A stretch of DNA of 64,000 bases, taken from contig CAWAMP010000014.1 in NCBI GenBank assembly GCA_963783255.1, forward strand, positions 135,692 through 199,691, in the 5' to 3' direction. Below are positions 19,638-29,313 of the stretch, piece after piece (positions within the stretch are counted from its first letter, which is position 1; every line of letters starts with the position of its first letter). The notes beneath the pieces are model-generated. The model ran no database searches. It was not told the origin of the DNA and was given only the letters and a program-made list of their open reading frames with translations. This DNA is from an uncultured Acidobacteriota bacterium. Lineage in GTDB: Bacteria; Acidobacteriota; Vicinamibacteria; Vicinamibacterales; Fen-181. Made by a program: the position numbers and the translations under genes.

Positions 19638-20657
19638 ATGACCGGACCCGCCCAGCGCGCCGTGAGGCCGTCCCGCGATTCCGAACGCGGTTTCTCGCTC
19701 ATCGAGACGATGGTCGCGATGGCGTTGCTCCTCATTGTTTCGGCAGGGATGATGGAGGGGATGCTGCAGCTGTCGAGAGTCCAGAACTCCGTGTACAACA
19801 GGTCGGCGATGCACGACGGCGTCCGCAGCGCCACCGAGCTGCTTCAGCAGGAGGTCGGGCAGGCGGGCAGCATCACACTGCCCGAGCCCGTCAGGCTGCT
19901 GCAGGCGGTGGCTGCCGGCCCGAATACCACCGTCACCGTCGACTCGGTCTCGAACATGTTCGTCGGCGAGCACCTCGTCATCGGCGCGGGCTCCTCCGAA
20001 GAGACGGTCCTGGTCGCCGCCATCGGCACGAGCCCGCCTTCGATCACCGCGACGTTTGAAAAGGCGCACAACGCAAACGAGCCTGTTGCGGTTCGTGGCG
20101 GTTTCGCCACCGGCGTCGTGCCATGCGCCAGTCAGGCCGCCTGTCCGGGGTCGGCCGTCGGCACCACGACCTTCCCCAACGGATCCACCGCCTACCTGAT
20201 GAAGCTCTACGGGGACATCAACGACGACGGGCGCATGGTGTATGTCGAGTACAGGTGCGACATCGACGCGGGAATCCTGTACCGGAACGTGATCGAAAAC
20301 GCGGTCACGCCAGGCGCTGCGCCGACGAAGACCGCGGCGGGTCCGACCCAGGTCCTGCTGGACAACCTCACGGACCCGGACACGGGCCGCGTTCCGTGCT
20401 TCGTCTACCAACAGCAGACGGTGTCCCCCCATATCTTCGTGATCAACGTCGCGATCTCGCTCACGACGCGGGCGCAGTTCAGGGACCGCAGTGCCGGGAT
20501 TCAAAAGGAAACCAAGTCGCTCCTGAACGTCGCGCCGAGAAACGTCTTCAACTCGTGGCTGCTGGCCAGCATGGCCACGAGCGACAGGGTGCACGGGATA
20601 CCGCAGAGCATCAGGGACCTGTTGCCACCGCCGATCGTGGTTACTGCCCAGCAGTAA
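19638..20657 (+). CDS. PilW-like minor pilin
   Basis: SERGFSLIETMVAMALLLIVSAGMMEG N-terminal methylation-type motif. 339 aa. Confidence 0.7.
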   Translation: MTGPAQRAVRPSRDSERGFSLIETMVAMALLLIVSAGMMEGMLQLSRVQNSVYNRSAMHDGVRSATELLQQEVGQAGSITLPEPVRLLQAVAAGPNTTVTVDSVSNMFVGEHLVIGAGSSEETVLVAAIGTSPPSITATFEKAHNANEPVAVRGGFATGVVPCASQAACPGSAVGTTTFPNGSTAYLMKLYGDINDDGRMVYVEYRCDIDAGILYRNVIENAVTPGAAPTKTAAGPTQVLLDNLTDPDTGRVPCFVYQQQTVSPHIFVINVAISLTTRAQFRDRSAGIQKETKSLLNVAPRNVFNSWLLASMATSDRVHGIPQSIRDLLPPPIVVTAQQ

Positions 20658-20718
20658 TAGGGTGGACGGCATGCCTCAGCGCATCGCGATGCTGTTGCCA
20701 ACGCCGTAACGGACCGGG

Positions 20719-22209
20719 ATGGAAGATATGAACAGGACTGACGAAAAGGGAATGGCGCTGATCCTGGTGATGATCATGCTGGCGGTGCTGTCCGTCATCG
20801 CTGCGTCGCTGATGGCCGTGTCCACTGCCGACACGGCGTCCAGCACCAACTACAGGCTGATGACCCTCGCCAGGTACGGCGCGGAAACGGCCGTTCACCG
20901 GGCCGCCAACTATCTGATGAGCAACGCGTACGCGGCGGCAGGGCCAGGCACCGGGGCGGATCCGCTCACCAACTACGACATCACCGCTCCCTACCCCGGC
21001 AGCCTGGATCCCGTCACGAACCTGCGCGTGGTGACCTACGGTGGCGCTCCGGTCAGGCTGTCGCACAGTGCGACGAGTTTCAACTACCCGGGCGGGTTCG
21101 GGGGAACGGTCGGGACCGCATACCGGGCCGCGTCCACCGGGACGCTGGCCGTGACACTGCCCGGGGCGTACGTGGTCACGTATCGCGCGGTGGCAACGCT
21201 CGTCTCGATGCGCCTGGTCGATGTCCTCGGGGGAGGGACTCGCGTCGTCCAGACCTGGAAGATCACGGGCGAGGGCGTCATGCCGTCCACCGGCGCCGTG
21301 ATCGATGTGTCTTCGATCCTGGAACGGCAGGTCCAGCCGACCTTCAGGTACGCCGCCTTCGCCGTCGCCAACGAATGCAAGGCGCTCTGGTGGACGGGCA
21401 ACGGGACTGTTGACAGCTACGATTCGACCTCGCCGCTGGTTGCCGGGGCGCCGGTCATCTCGAATACCGACGGCAACGTTGGTACCAACGGCCAGCTGTG
21501 GGTGGCGAACAACTCCAACGTCTATGGCAGCCTTTCGGTTCCCCCACCTCAGCTCTCTAATTGCCTCCCACAGCTCGTGGGTTCGGCCCAGGTCCAGGAC
21601 GGGACAGTGTATCTGCCTCAGACCGTGAGCTACCCGACCCCGGACCCGCCCAATCCGATGCCGGGAACGGGCAACGAGATGATCAACGTGAATACGGACT
21701 TCAACCCCCCGACTCTCGACGAGAACGGCAACCTGGTCGGTGCGACCCACGCCGACGTGAACGTGCAGGCCGGAAGGACGCTGACACTGCACGCCGGCAC
21801 GTACAACATGAACAGCCTGTCACTTGCCGGCGGTGCGACGCTCGTCATTGCCGGAACGGGCAACGTCGTCATCAACCTCGCGGGGCAGGGCTACAACACG
21901 GGCCAGTCGGTGCTCGACATTGCCGGCAACACCATCTCGACCGGGAGCTACGATCCTGCCAGGCTCCAGATCATCTACGGCGGCGAGGCGACGGTCGGAT
22001 TGTCGGGCAGCGGCGAGACGTCGGCTCTTCTCTATGCACCGAACGCGACGGTCAACATGAATGCCGCCGGGGGCCACTGGTACGGTGCGGTGATCGGCAA
22101 GACAGTCAAGGACGCGTCAGCCGCCCTGCACTACGACCGCTCGCTTCAGCGGAAGATGATGACGCTCGGCGCCTTCATGCTCGACTCGTTCACCTGGCGG
22201 AAGTTCTAG
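20719..22209 (+). CDS. PilX-like minor pilin / pilus tip-associated protein
   Basis: N-terminus EKGMALILVMIMLAVLSVIAASLMAVS ... YRLMTLARYGAETAVHRAANYL (PilX-N-like). Long Gly/Thr/Asn-rich beta-rich C-terminal part. Confidence 0.7.
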   Translation: MEDMNRTDEKGMALILVMIMLAVLSVIAASLMAVSTADTASSTNYRLMTLARYGAETAVHRAANYLMSNAYAAAGPGTGADPLTNYDITAPYPGSLDPVTNLRVVTYGGAPVRLSHSATSFNYPGGFGGTVGTAYRAASTGTLAVTLPGAYVVTYRAVATLVSMRLVDVLGGGTRVVQTWKITGEGVMPSTGAVIDVSSILERQVQPTFRYAAFAVANECKALWWTGNGTVDSYDSTSPLVAGAPVISNTDGNVGTNGQLWVANNSNVYGSLSVPPPQLSNCLPQLVGSAQVQDGTVYLPQTVSYPTPDPPNPMPGTGNEMINVNTDFNPPTLDENGNLVGATHADVNVQAGRTLTLHAGTYNMNSLSLAGGATLVIAGTGNVVINLAGQGYNTGQSVLDIAGNTISTGSYDPARLQIIYGGEATVGLSGSGETSALLYAPNATVNMNAAGGHWYGAVIGKTVKDASAALHYDRSLQRKMMTLGAFMLDSFTWRKF

Positions 22210-22234
22210 CTACGGCCGTCCGTGGAGGTGTGGG

Positions 22235-22252
22235 GCGGGGCTGAAGCCCCGC
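22235..22252. terminator. GC hairpin between convergent pilX-like and S9 peptidase genes
   Basis: gcggggc-tgaa-gccccgc with no T tract. The flanking motif gtggggcggggctg recurs at about 34741. Confidence 0.3.
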
Positions 22253-22273
22253 GCTACACCGATCCGCCGCCCG

Positions 22274-24685
22274 CTATTTCCTCGCCCCCGCGTTCTTCAC
22301 GTACTTGTCGAACCAGCTCACCATCTCGTAGAGCGTGTGCAGCACCGACTCGCGCGCGAGGTAGCCGTGCGCCTCGTTCGGCAGCGTGACGTACCGCACC
22401 GTGGCCCCGTGCCCCTTGAGCGCCATGTACAGCCGCTCGGACTGGATCGGGAATGTCCCCGAGTTGTCGTCCGCCTCCCCGTGGACGAGCAGGATCGGAT
22501 CCCTCACGGCGTTGGCGTACCAGAACGGCGACATCTTCGCGTAGACCTCCGGAACCTCCCAGAACGTGCGGCGCTCGCTCTGGAACCCGAACGGCGTCAG
22601 CGTCCGGTTGTACGCCCCGCTTCGCGCGATGCCCGCGCGGAACAGCCTCGAGTGCGCCAGCAGGTTCGCCGTCATGAACGCGCCGTAGCTGTGCCCGCCG
22701 ACGCCGATGCGGTCGCGATCGGCGACGCCCATCTCCACCACCTTCTCGACGGCGGCCTCGGCGCTCGCCACGAGTTGATCCACGTAGGTGTCGTTCGCGG
22801 TCTCCCCCGGCCCGACGATCGGCATCGACGGGTTGTCCAGCACCGCGTATCCCTGGGTGAGGAAGAACAGGTGCGAGGCGCCCGTGTAGGTGGTGAACCG
22901 GTACGGCGACCCCGAGACCTGGCCCGCGAGCGCGGGGTCGGTGAACTCGCGCGGGTACGCCCACATCACCAGCGGCAGCCGCCCGCCCTTCGCGTAGCCC
23001 GGCGGGAGGTACAGCGTGCCGCTCAGCGCGACGCCGTCCTTCCGCGTGTAGGTGATGAACTGCCGCTCGACGCCGGCCAGCTGGGGCGTAGGGTCCTTGA
23101 AGTCGGTCAGGGCCCGCTCGCTCCGGGTCGTGAGGTCGCGCACGAGGTAGTTGGGCGGCCGCTTCACCGTCTCGTACCGCGTCAGCAGCGTCCTGCCGTC
23201 GTCGGTGAGAACACCCGCCACAGTCTCGTAGCTCTCCCCCTCGCACTGGAACAGCCGCTCGGTCTCGAACGTCCTCGCGTTGAACCGGTCGAGGAACGGA
23301 CGGTCGCCTTTCGGTGACGCGCCGTCGCCCTCGAGGTAGATCCAGTCGCCGACCTGCATGATCACGCCAGGGCCTCCGCCGAAGCGCGGCTTCGTGACGG
23401 GCCGGCCCGGGTCCTTGTAGCGATCCTCGGCGCTCAGCTGCCACGCCTGCCGCGCGACGCCGCCGCTGACCGTCCAGATGCGGCGCGTGCGCCTGGCGCG
23501 CTCGAATTCCGTCACCAGCGCGACGTTGGCGCTCGTCCAGGCGATCCCCTGAACGCGGTGCTCGAACTTCAGCCACTCCGACGGCGCGTCGCTGAACGGC
23601 GCCTGCAGCACGCACAGCCGGTCGCGCCGGGGCGCCGGCGTTCGCAGATCGCCGCCGTCGAGCGCCTCGGTCCAGACGAGTGTCGCCGGCTCCGCCGGGT
23701 TCCACGTGCAGTCGCGCGGCCCCACCGGCACACCCTGCATCGGGACGGTCTCGGTCGACGGCAGGTCGGCGATCGTCCTCACCAGCTTCCCGGCGCTGCT
23801 CCAGACTTCGACCTCAGTGGCGAAGTCGGAGTAGGGCACCAGGTGCGAGAACGGCCGCTTGAACCGCGAGACCAGGATGTACTCGCCGCTCGGCGACGGG
23901 GTGGCGACCGAGAAGACCGCCGGCTTGCCGACGGGCGTCTGCACGCCCGTGCCCGCGTTCACGAGCGCCAGCTGGCTCGTGAAGTAGTACTCGAAGAGCG
24001 CGTCGTCATGCGCCGTCTTCAGCAGGTCCTCGTAGGTGCTCACCGGCGCCGCCTTGCCCGCGTTCTCCTGGACGTTCGGGCCCGCGGGCACAGGGTCCGG
24101 CTTCGGAGGAAGCCCACGGGCCGCCGGAACGGTACGGCACAGGAGGCTCGCGGCGTTGACCCACCCGCACGCGGACCCCATTGTGGCGTTCAGCGTCGGC
24201 TGAGTGAGCGGCTTCGCCGCCCCCGTCGCCGCGTCCGCCATCCACAGCACGACTCCGGAAGCCCGCGTCTCGGTGAACGCGATGCGCCGGCTGTCAGGGG
24301 AGAATCCGATCCAGTCGATCTTCGCTCCGGGCGGGAGGAGGACCTTCACGGTCTTGCCGTCCGCAATCCGCTTCAGGCCGATACCGAGGTTCGCAGGCGG
24401 CCGCTGCGGGCCGTTGGTCTTCGGGTTGATGCGCGCCCCGGCCAGCCTGAGCATCGGCTGCGACAGCTCGGCGATTGCCGGCATCCTCGCGCGATCGAGA
24501 AGCGCAATCTGCTGCCGCGACGGGCTGACCACCACGGTCGGCGGCGGCGCGGCGTCGAGGATGTCGACGATGGCCTTCGGCGGAACCTGGTAGGTCGCCT
24601 GCGCCAGCGCGTGATCTGCGACGCCAAACGAGAGGACGCTGGCCGCGATCGAGGCCAGCGTGCGGGAAGCCCGGATGGAACGCAT
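22274..24685 (-). CDS. S9-family serine peptidase (prolyl oligopeptidase / dipeptidyl peptidase type) with N-terminal beta-propeller, secreted
   Basis: Start taken at MRSIRASRTLASIAASVLSFGVADHALAQ (signal peptide, ATG 24685). Catalytic GGHSYGAFM and C-terminal LLVHGEADDN ... EAHGY. The upstream part of the track ORF (to 25090) is antisense to rubrerythrin. Confidence 0.85.
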   Translation of the reverse strand: MRSIRASRTLASIAASVLSFGVADHALAQATYQVPPKAIVDILDAAPPPTVVVSPSRQQIALLDRARMPAIAELSQPMLRLAGARINPKTNGPQRPPANLGIGLKRIADGKTVKVLLPPGAKIDWIGFSPDSRRIAFTETRASGVVLWMADAATGAAKPLTQPTLNATMGSACGWVNAASLLCRTVPAARGLPPKPDPVPAGPNVQENAGKAAPVSTYEDLLKTAHDDALFEYYFTSQLALVNAGTGVQTPVGKPAVFSVATPSPSGEYILVSRFKRPFSHLVPYSDFATEVEVWSSAGKLVRTIADLPSTETVPMQGVPVGPRDCTWNPAEPATLVWTEALDGGDLRTPAPRRDRLCVLQAPFSDAPSEWLKFEHRVQGIAWTSANVALVTEFERARRTRRIWTVSGGVARQAWQLSAEDRYKDPGRPVTKPRFGGGPGVIMQVGDWIYLEGDGASPKGDRPFLDRFNARTFETERLFQCEGESYETVAGVLTDDGRTLLTRYETVKRPPNYLVRDLTTRSERALTDFKDPTPQLAGVERQFITYTRKDGVALSGTLYLPPGYAKGGRLPLVMWAYPREFTDPALAGQVSGSPYRFTTYTGASHLFFLTQGYAVLDNPSMPIVGPGETANDTYVDQLVASAEAAVEKVVEMGVADRDRIGVGGHSYGAFMTANLLAHSRLFRAGIARSGAYNRTLTPFGFQSERRTFWEVPEVYAKMSPFWYANAVRDPILLVHGEADDNSGTFPIQSERLYMALKGHGATVRYVTLPNEAHGYLARESVLHTLYEMVSWFDKYVKNAGARK

Positions 24686-24803
24686 GCGTAATCTCCTTGA
24701 GGCCGCCTGTCCCGCCGTCGCCCTCGGGGCGGAGGCGGAAGCCCAGAGCCTGTGGTGTGTTAGGCTACCGTATCTTCCATCCGTCATCCACAGGAGGAGC
24801 GAC

Positions 24804-25304
24804 ATGGCATCCGAAGACAACCTCATGGCGGCGTTCGCGGGCGAGAGCCAGGCGAACCGCAAGTACCTGGCGTTCGCGAAGAAGGCCGAAGCCGAGGGCC
24901 TCAAGCAGATTGCGAAACTCTTCAGGGCGGCGGCCGCGGCCGAGACCGTCCACGCGCTCGCGCACTTCCGCGCCGCCGGGCACGTGAAGGACACGGTGGC
25001 GAACCTCCAGGCCGCCATCGAAGGCGAGAACCACGAATTCACCACGATGTATCCGGAGTTCATCGCGGCGGCCGTGGCCGAGGGGAACAAGGGCGCGCAG
25101 CGCAGCTTCGAAAAGGCGAACGCGGTGGAGCAAACCCACCACGCGCTCTACAGCGAGGCGCTCGAAGCCGCCAAGGCCGGCAAAGACCTGCCCGAAGCCG
25201 ACCTCTACGTCTGCGACATCTGCGGGCACACGGTCGCCGGCGAAGCGCCCGATGTCTGCCCGGTCTGCGGCGCCCGCCGCGAGAGGTTCAGCAAGGTGGA
25301 GTAG
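24804..25304 (+). CDS. rbr: rubrerythrin
   Basis: AGGAGG at 24792..24797, then the ATG at 24804. MASEDNLMAAFAGESQANRKYLAFAKKAEAEG, EGENHEFTTMYPEF, and C-terminal rubredoxin-like CDICGH ... CPVCGA. Confidence 0.9.
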   Translation: MASEDNLMAAFAGESQANRKYLAFAKKAEAEGLKQIAKLFRAAAAAETVHALAHFRAAGHVKDTVANLQAAIEGENHEFTTMYPEFIAAAVAEGNKGAQRSFEKANAVEQTHHALYSEALEAAKAGKDLPEADLYVCDICGHTVAGEAPDVCPVCGARRERFSKVE

Positions 25305-25419
25305 CCAGCGCCTTCTCGAATTCCTCGGGGTGCCAGGCGCGAAGCATCGCCTCGCTCTTCTCGACGAGTCGCCGCCTCACCAGCACAGCCAGGTAGTCCT
25401 CGAGCGTGAACGACCCGGC

Positions 25420-26436
25420 CTAGCGGGTGATCGTGATCTCCTGGTTGAGGTGCTGCAGCGCATTCTTGCGGATGTGCTGGCGCGCGCCGTAGCCCACCAT
25501 CAGCAGCTCGGCGGCGGGGATGCGCCCGCCGCCGATGCGCGGCAGCAGCGACTGGATCCACACCGCCGACAGTCCCATCGCGAGGTCCTGCCGGATCGTC
25601 GGCTGGCGTTCCGGCGGAAAGTTGTCCGCGATGCGGCCCACGGTGGCCGCCACGTCGGTCGTGTGCATGGTCGTCAGCACGAGGTGCCCGGTCTGCGCCG
25701 CGGAGAGCGCAATGCGCATCGTCTCTGGATCGCGCATCTCGCCGACGACGATGACGTCCGGCGCCTGCCGCACCACCGCGCGCAGCGCCGTCGGGAAGTC
25801 GGGCGCGTCGATGCCGATTTCCACCTGTTCGACCACCGAGCGGTCGTGGACGTGCTCGTACTCGATGGGGTCCTCAATCGTGACGATGTGGCGATGGTCG
25901 CGCCGGTTGATTTCATCGACCAGCGCCGCGAGCGTGGTCGTCTTGCCGGAACCGGTGGCCCCGCCGATGACGACCAGACCGTGCGGGATGCGGGAGAGCG
26001 GTTCGACGCCCGCGGGCAGGTTCAGGCTGGCGAGCCTGGGTACCCGGGTCGGCAGGGCGCGAATCGTGGCCGCGGCGTGGCGGCGTTCGTGGTGGAGATT
26101 GATCCTGAAGCGCCCGAGGCCGGGGAGCTTCAGCGAGGCGTCCGCGATGCCGGTCTCGTCGTAGCGCTGCTGCGCGTAGTCTGGAAGGGCGGGCCGGACC
26201 GCCTGGTCGATCTCCTCTCCGTCGAGGACCAGCTCGTCCAGCCGGACCACCTGTCCGTCGATGCGCACCGCCGGCGGGCTGCCCGCCACCAGCATCAGGT
26301 CGGCCCCCTTCCGGTCGATCAGCGTTCGAAGCCACACCTCGAGACGGCTCGTATCGGGCGCGGGTGTCGGGGCTGCCGCGGGGACGAGGGAATTCAGCTC
26401 GCCAGCCAGCTCGTCCGGGTCTTCGTGCCACGGCAT
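25420..26436 (-). CDS. pilT: type IV pilus retraction ATPase PilT, ending at an in-frame TAG that is followed by more PilT-like sequence
   Basis: Walker A GATGSGKTTTLAALVDEIN, IVTIEDPIEYEH, VVGEMRD, GHLVLTTMHT. After TAG (25422..25420) the same frame continues for 43 codons (AGSFTLEDYLAVLVRRRLVEKSEAMLRAWHPEEFEKALATPPC) to the TGA at 25290..25288. Confidence 0.9.
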   Translation of the reverse strand: MPWHEDPDELAGELNSLVPAAAPTPAPDTSRLEVWLRTLIDRKGADLMLVAGSPPAVRIDGQVVRLDELVLDGEEIDQAVRPALPDYAQQRYDETGIADASLKLPGLGRFRINLHHERRHAAATIRALPTRVPRLASLNLPAGVEPLSRIPHGLVVIGGATGSGKTTTLAALVDEINRRDHRHIVTIEDPIEYEHVHDRSVVEQVEIGIDAPDFPTALRAVVRQAPDVIVVGEMRDPETMRIALSAAQTGHLVLTTMHTTDVAATVGRIADNFPPERQPTIRQDLAMGLSAVWIQSLLPRIGGGRIPAAELLMVGYGARQHIRKNALQHLNQEITITR

Positions 26437-26462
26437 GCGACCACCGCCTCTCCCGGGTTATT

Positions 26463-27677
26463 ATGCCCGCTATGACGCCCGAGGTGATCCGCCGGCTGCC
26501 GAAGACGGACCTCCACGTCCACCTCGATGGTTCCCTGAGGCTTGCCACGCTGATCCGGCTCGCGCGGCGGCAGGGGATCGCCCTGCCGTCGTACACCGAG
26601 GACGGGCTGCGGGAAGTCGTCTTCCGGGCGAACTACGCCAACCTCGGTGAATACCTCGAAGGATTCCGCTACACGGTCGCCGTGCTGCAGGACCACGAGG
26701 CGCTCGAGGAGACCACATTCGAGTTGTGCGAGGACTGCCAGGCCGAGGGCGTGCGCTACATCGAGATCCGGTTCGCGCCGCAGCTGCACGTCGGGCCGGG
26801 GCTCGACTTCTCCGGCGCGGTGCGCGCCGTCGACGCCGGGATTCGGCGCGCGGCCGCCGCCTTCAATACCCGACCCGAAATCGCATCCGGCGTCGAGCCG
26901 CGCTTCGTCGCCGGGATCATCCTGTGCGCCCTGCGCGCCTTTACCCCGGACTTCTCCGAGGGCTACCGCCGGATCTTCGAGGCGCTGCCCGAGGCGTCCG
27001 CCCAGGAAGTGCAGGCGGCCGCGAGCGTGCAGGTGGCGCGCGCGGCGGCCCGGCTCAAGCACGACGAAGGGCTGCTCGTCGTCGGCATCGACCTGGCGGG
27101 CCAGGAGATGGGGTATCCCGCCGAGGAGCATCGCGTTGCCTACCAGGTGGCGCACGAGGCGTTCCTCGGCAAGACGGTGCACGCCGGCGAGGACTACGGG
27201 CCCGAGTCGATCTTCCAGGCCATCGGGAACCTCCACGCCGACCGGATCGGCCACGGGACGTGGCTGTTCGACGCGTCGAAGATCGCGGACCCGCGCATCA
27301 CCGACCGGACCGCATACGTGGAGCGCCTGGCGCAGTTCATCGCGGACAAGCGGATCACGATCGAGGTCTGCCTGACCTCCAACCAGCAGACGGTCCCCGA
27401 ACTCGGTGCCGAACTCGGCCAGCATCCGTTCCGGGAGATGCGGAAACGTCGGCTGTCGACGACGCTCTGCACCGACAACCGACTGGTGTCGAACACGACC
27501 GTGTCGAACGAGATTCAGCGCGCGGTGGAGGCGTTCGGGCTGACCGACCGCGAGCTGCTCGACATCCTGCTGTACGGTTTCAAGCGCAGCTTCTTCCCTG
27601 GCACCTACCTCGAGAAACGCGCCTACGTCCGCGAGACGATCGATTTCGCGGACGCGGTGAGGAGCAGCGGACAATAG
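26463..27677 (+). CDS. add: adenosine deaminase
   Basis: LPKTDLHVHLDGSLR, TVHAGEDYGPESI, EVCLTSNQQT and TLCTDNRLVSNT are the metal/active-site motifs of the family. An alternative ATG lies at 26472. Confidence 0.9.
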   Translation: MPAMTPEVIRRLPKTDLHVHLDGSLRLATLIRLARRQGIALPSYTEDGLREVVFRANYANLGEYLEGFRYTVAVLQDHEALEETTFELCEDCQAEGVRYIEIRFAPQLHVGPGLDFSGAVRAVDAGIRRAAAAFNTRPEIASGVEPRFVAGIILCALRAFTPDFSEGYRRIFEALPEASAQEVQAAASVQVARAAARLKHDEGLLVVGIDLAGQEMGYPAEEHRVAYQVAHEAFLGKTVHAGEDYGPESIFQAIGNLHADRIGHGTWLFDASKIADPRITDRTAYVERLAQFIADKRITIEVCLTSNQQTVPELGAELGQHPFREMRKRRLSTTLCTDNRLVSNTTVSNEIQRAVEAFGLTDRELLDILLYGFKRSFFPGTYLEKRAYVRETIDFADAVRSSGQ

Positions 27678-27696
27678 GCCGAGTTACACTCTCCGA

Positions 27697-28512
27697 ATGG
27701 CAGACACGGCGAAGACGGCGAAGAGGACCGCGCTGATCACCGGCGCGTCGGCGGGCATCGGCGCGGCGATCGCGAGGGTGTTCGCCGCCAACGGTTTCGA
27801 CCTTGTGCTCACCGCGCGGCGCGCTGACCGGCTCGAGTCGCTCGCTGCCGAGCTTCGCGCGGCTCACGGGCGCGCGGTGCACGTGATCGTCGCCGACCTG
27901 GCCGACCCCGGCGCGCCCTCGCGCATCTTCGACGAGGTCGAGAGGTCGGGCCTCGTCATCGACGCACTCGTCAACAACGCCGGCTACGGCCTGCCTGGAG
28001 GGTTCCTGCACTCCTCCTGGGACCAGCACCGTGATTTCATCCAGGTCATGGTGACGGCGGTTGCCGAACTCTGCCACCGGTTCGCGCCCGCCATGGCAGA
28101 CCGGCAGCGGGGCTGGATCATCAACGTCGGTTCGGTCGCGGGTCTCGTGCCCGGGTCCGCCGGACACACGCTCTACGGCGCGGCGAAATCCCTGGTCATC
28201 CGCTTCTCGGAATCGCTCGCGCTCGAGCTGCTCCCGCGCGGCGTCCACGTGACGGCTCTCTGCCCGGGCTTCACCTACAGCGAGTTCCACGACGTGAACG
28301 ACATGCGGGCGCAGGTGAACCGCCTGCCGAAGTGGATGTGGATGGACGCCGACACGGTGGCCCGGCAGGCCTATGACGCGGTCATGCGCGGCGACGTCGT
28401 CTACGTCAACGGTCGCGTGAACCGGGCGATGGTCTCGCTGGTGCGCCACTCACCGGACTGGCTGATCCACAAGGTCCTGAAGCGCTTCTCGAAGAAGTTC
28501 AGGCGGGTATGA
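27697..28512 (+). CDS. short-chain dehydrogenase/reductase (SDR)
   Basis: TGASAGIGAAIA cofactor motif, NNAG, and YGAAKSLV (YxxxK). Confidence 0.85.
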   Translation: MADTAKTAKRTALITGASAGIGAAIARVFAANGFDLVLTARRADRLESLAAELRAAHGRAVHVIVADLADPGAPSRIFDEVERSGLVIDALVNNAGYGLPGGFLHSSWDQHRDFIQVMVTAVAELCHRFAPAMADRQRGWIINVGSVAGLVPGSAGHTLYGAAKSLVIRFSESLALELLPRGVHVTALCPGFTYSEFHDVNDMRAQVNRLPKWMWMDADTVARQAYDAVMRGDVVYVNGRVNRAMVSLVRHSPDWLIHKVLKRFSKKFRRV

Positions 28513-28515
28513 TCC

Positions 28516-29154
28516 TCACCGCGTCTTCTTGCTCACCATCACCCCTGCGCTGAAGCTCGTCTCCAGGTTCGGCTGGCTCCTGACCCACCCCGAGTAGTCG
28601 CCCGTCATCTGGCGGCGGCCGCCGTACTGCGAGACGTTGTGCGCCGTCATCAGTCCGCCCACCGTCAGCTTCGGCAACACCGCCGTCGCGTAGTTCGTGT
28701 ACCACTCCTTGTCGGCGTCGATGAAGACGAAATCGAACGGCCCCTCGAGCTTCGGCACGAGGTCGTGCGCGTCGGCCAGCCGCGCGTCCACGAAGGCCGC
28801 CACGCCGGCTTCCTTGAAGTGCCCGACCGCCTCGCGATGGCGCCCCTCGTCGATGTCGATCGTGATGAGCTTCCCGCCGGTCTTGCTGAGCGCCCACGCG
28901 ATGTGGATCCCCGAGTGCCCGGTGGACGTGCCAATCTCGAGCGCCCGCTTGCAGTTGTTCTTGAGGACGAGATCGTAGAGCGCCTGCCCGTCCGCGTCGG
29001 GGACGTTCATGTCGCGCCACGAGTAGCGGTGCTGATCCAGGAAGCGCTTGACGGAGGCGTCAATCGGGTCCGCCTTGTCCTGAGTGACCGCGACGGGAAC
29101 TCCGACAAGCAGCACGACCGCCAACGCCGCCACCAGCAATGATGTGAACCGCAC
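28516..29154 (-). CDS. class I SAM-dependent O-methyltransferase (family 3-like) with N-terminal signal peptide
   Basis: MRFTSLLVAALAVVLLVGVPVAVTQD, then ALEIGTSTGHSGIHIAWAL ... LITIDIDE ... FDFVFIDADKEWY. Confidence 0.8.
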   Translation of the reverse strand: MRFTSLLVAALAVVLLVGVPVAVTQDKADPIDASVKRFLDQHRYSWRDMNVPDADGQALYDLVLKNNCKRALEIGTSTGHSGIHIAWALSKTGGKLITIDIDEGRHREAVGHFKEAGVAAFVDARLADAHDLVPKLEGPFDFVFIDADKEWYTNYATAVLPKLTVGGLMTAHNVSQYGGRRQMTGDYSGWVRSQPNLETSFSAGVMVSKKTR

Positions 29155-29313
29155 GAGGGCGCCCTCCTTGTCGGTGCTTACGCCGCCGGCAGCGCAAGCG
29201 CTTACGAGAGATGCCCCGGCAGCCTCTCAGGCCGAGGCCGATCAACGCCTCGCCCGGCCAGCGGCCGACCCTTCGGCGTCAGCTCCGACCGACATGGATG
29301 TCAGGATCTCCCT

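Noticed and set aside
24686-25090. Upstream extension of the S9 peptidase ORF (938 aa in the track).
   Set aside because: The extension is antisense to the rubrerythrin gene and is not protein-like. A signal peptide begins at the internal Met (24685).
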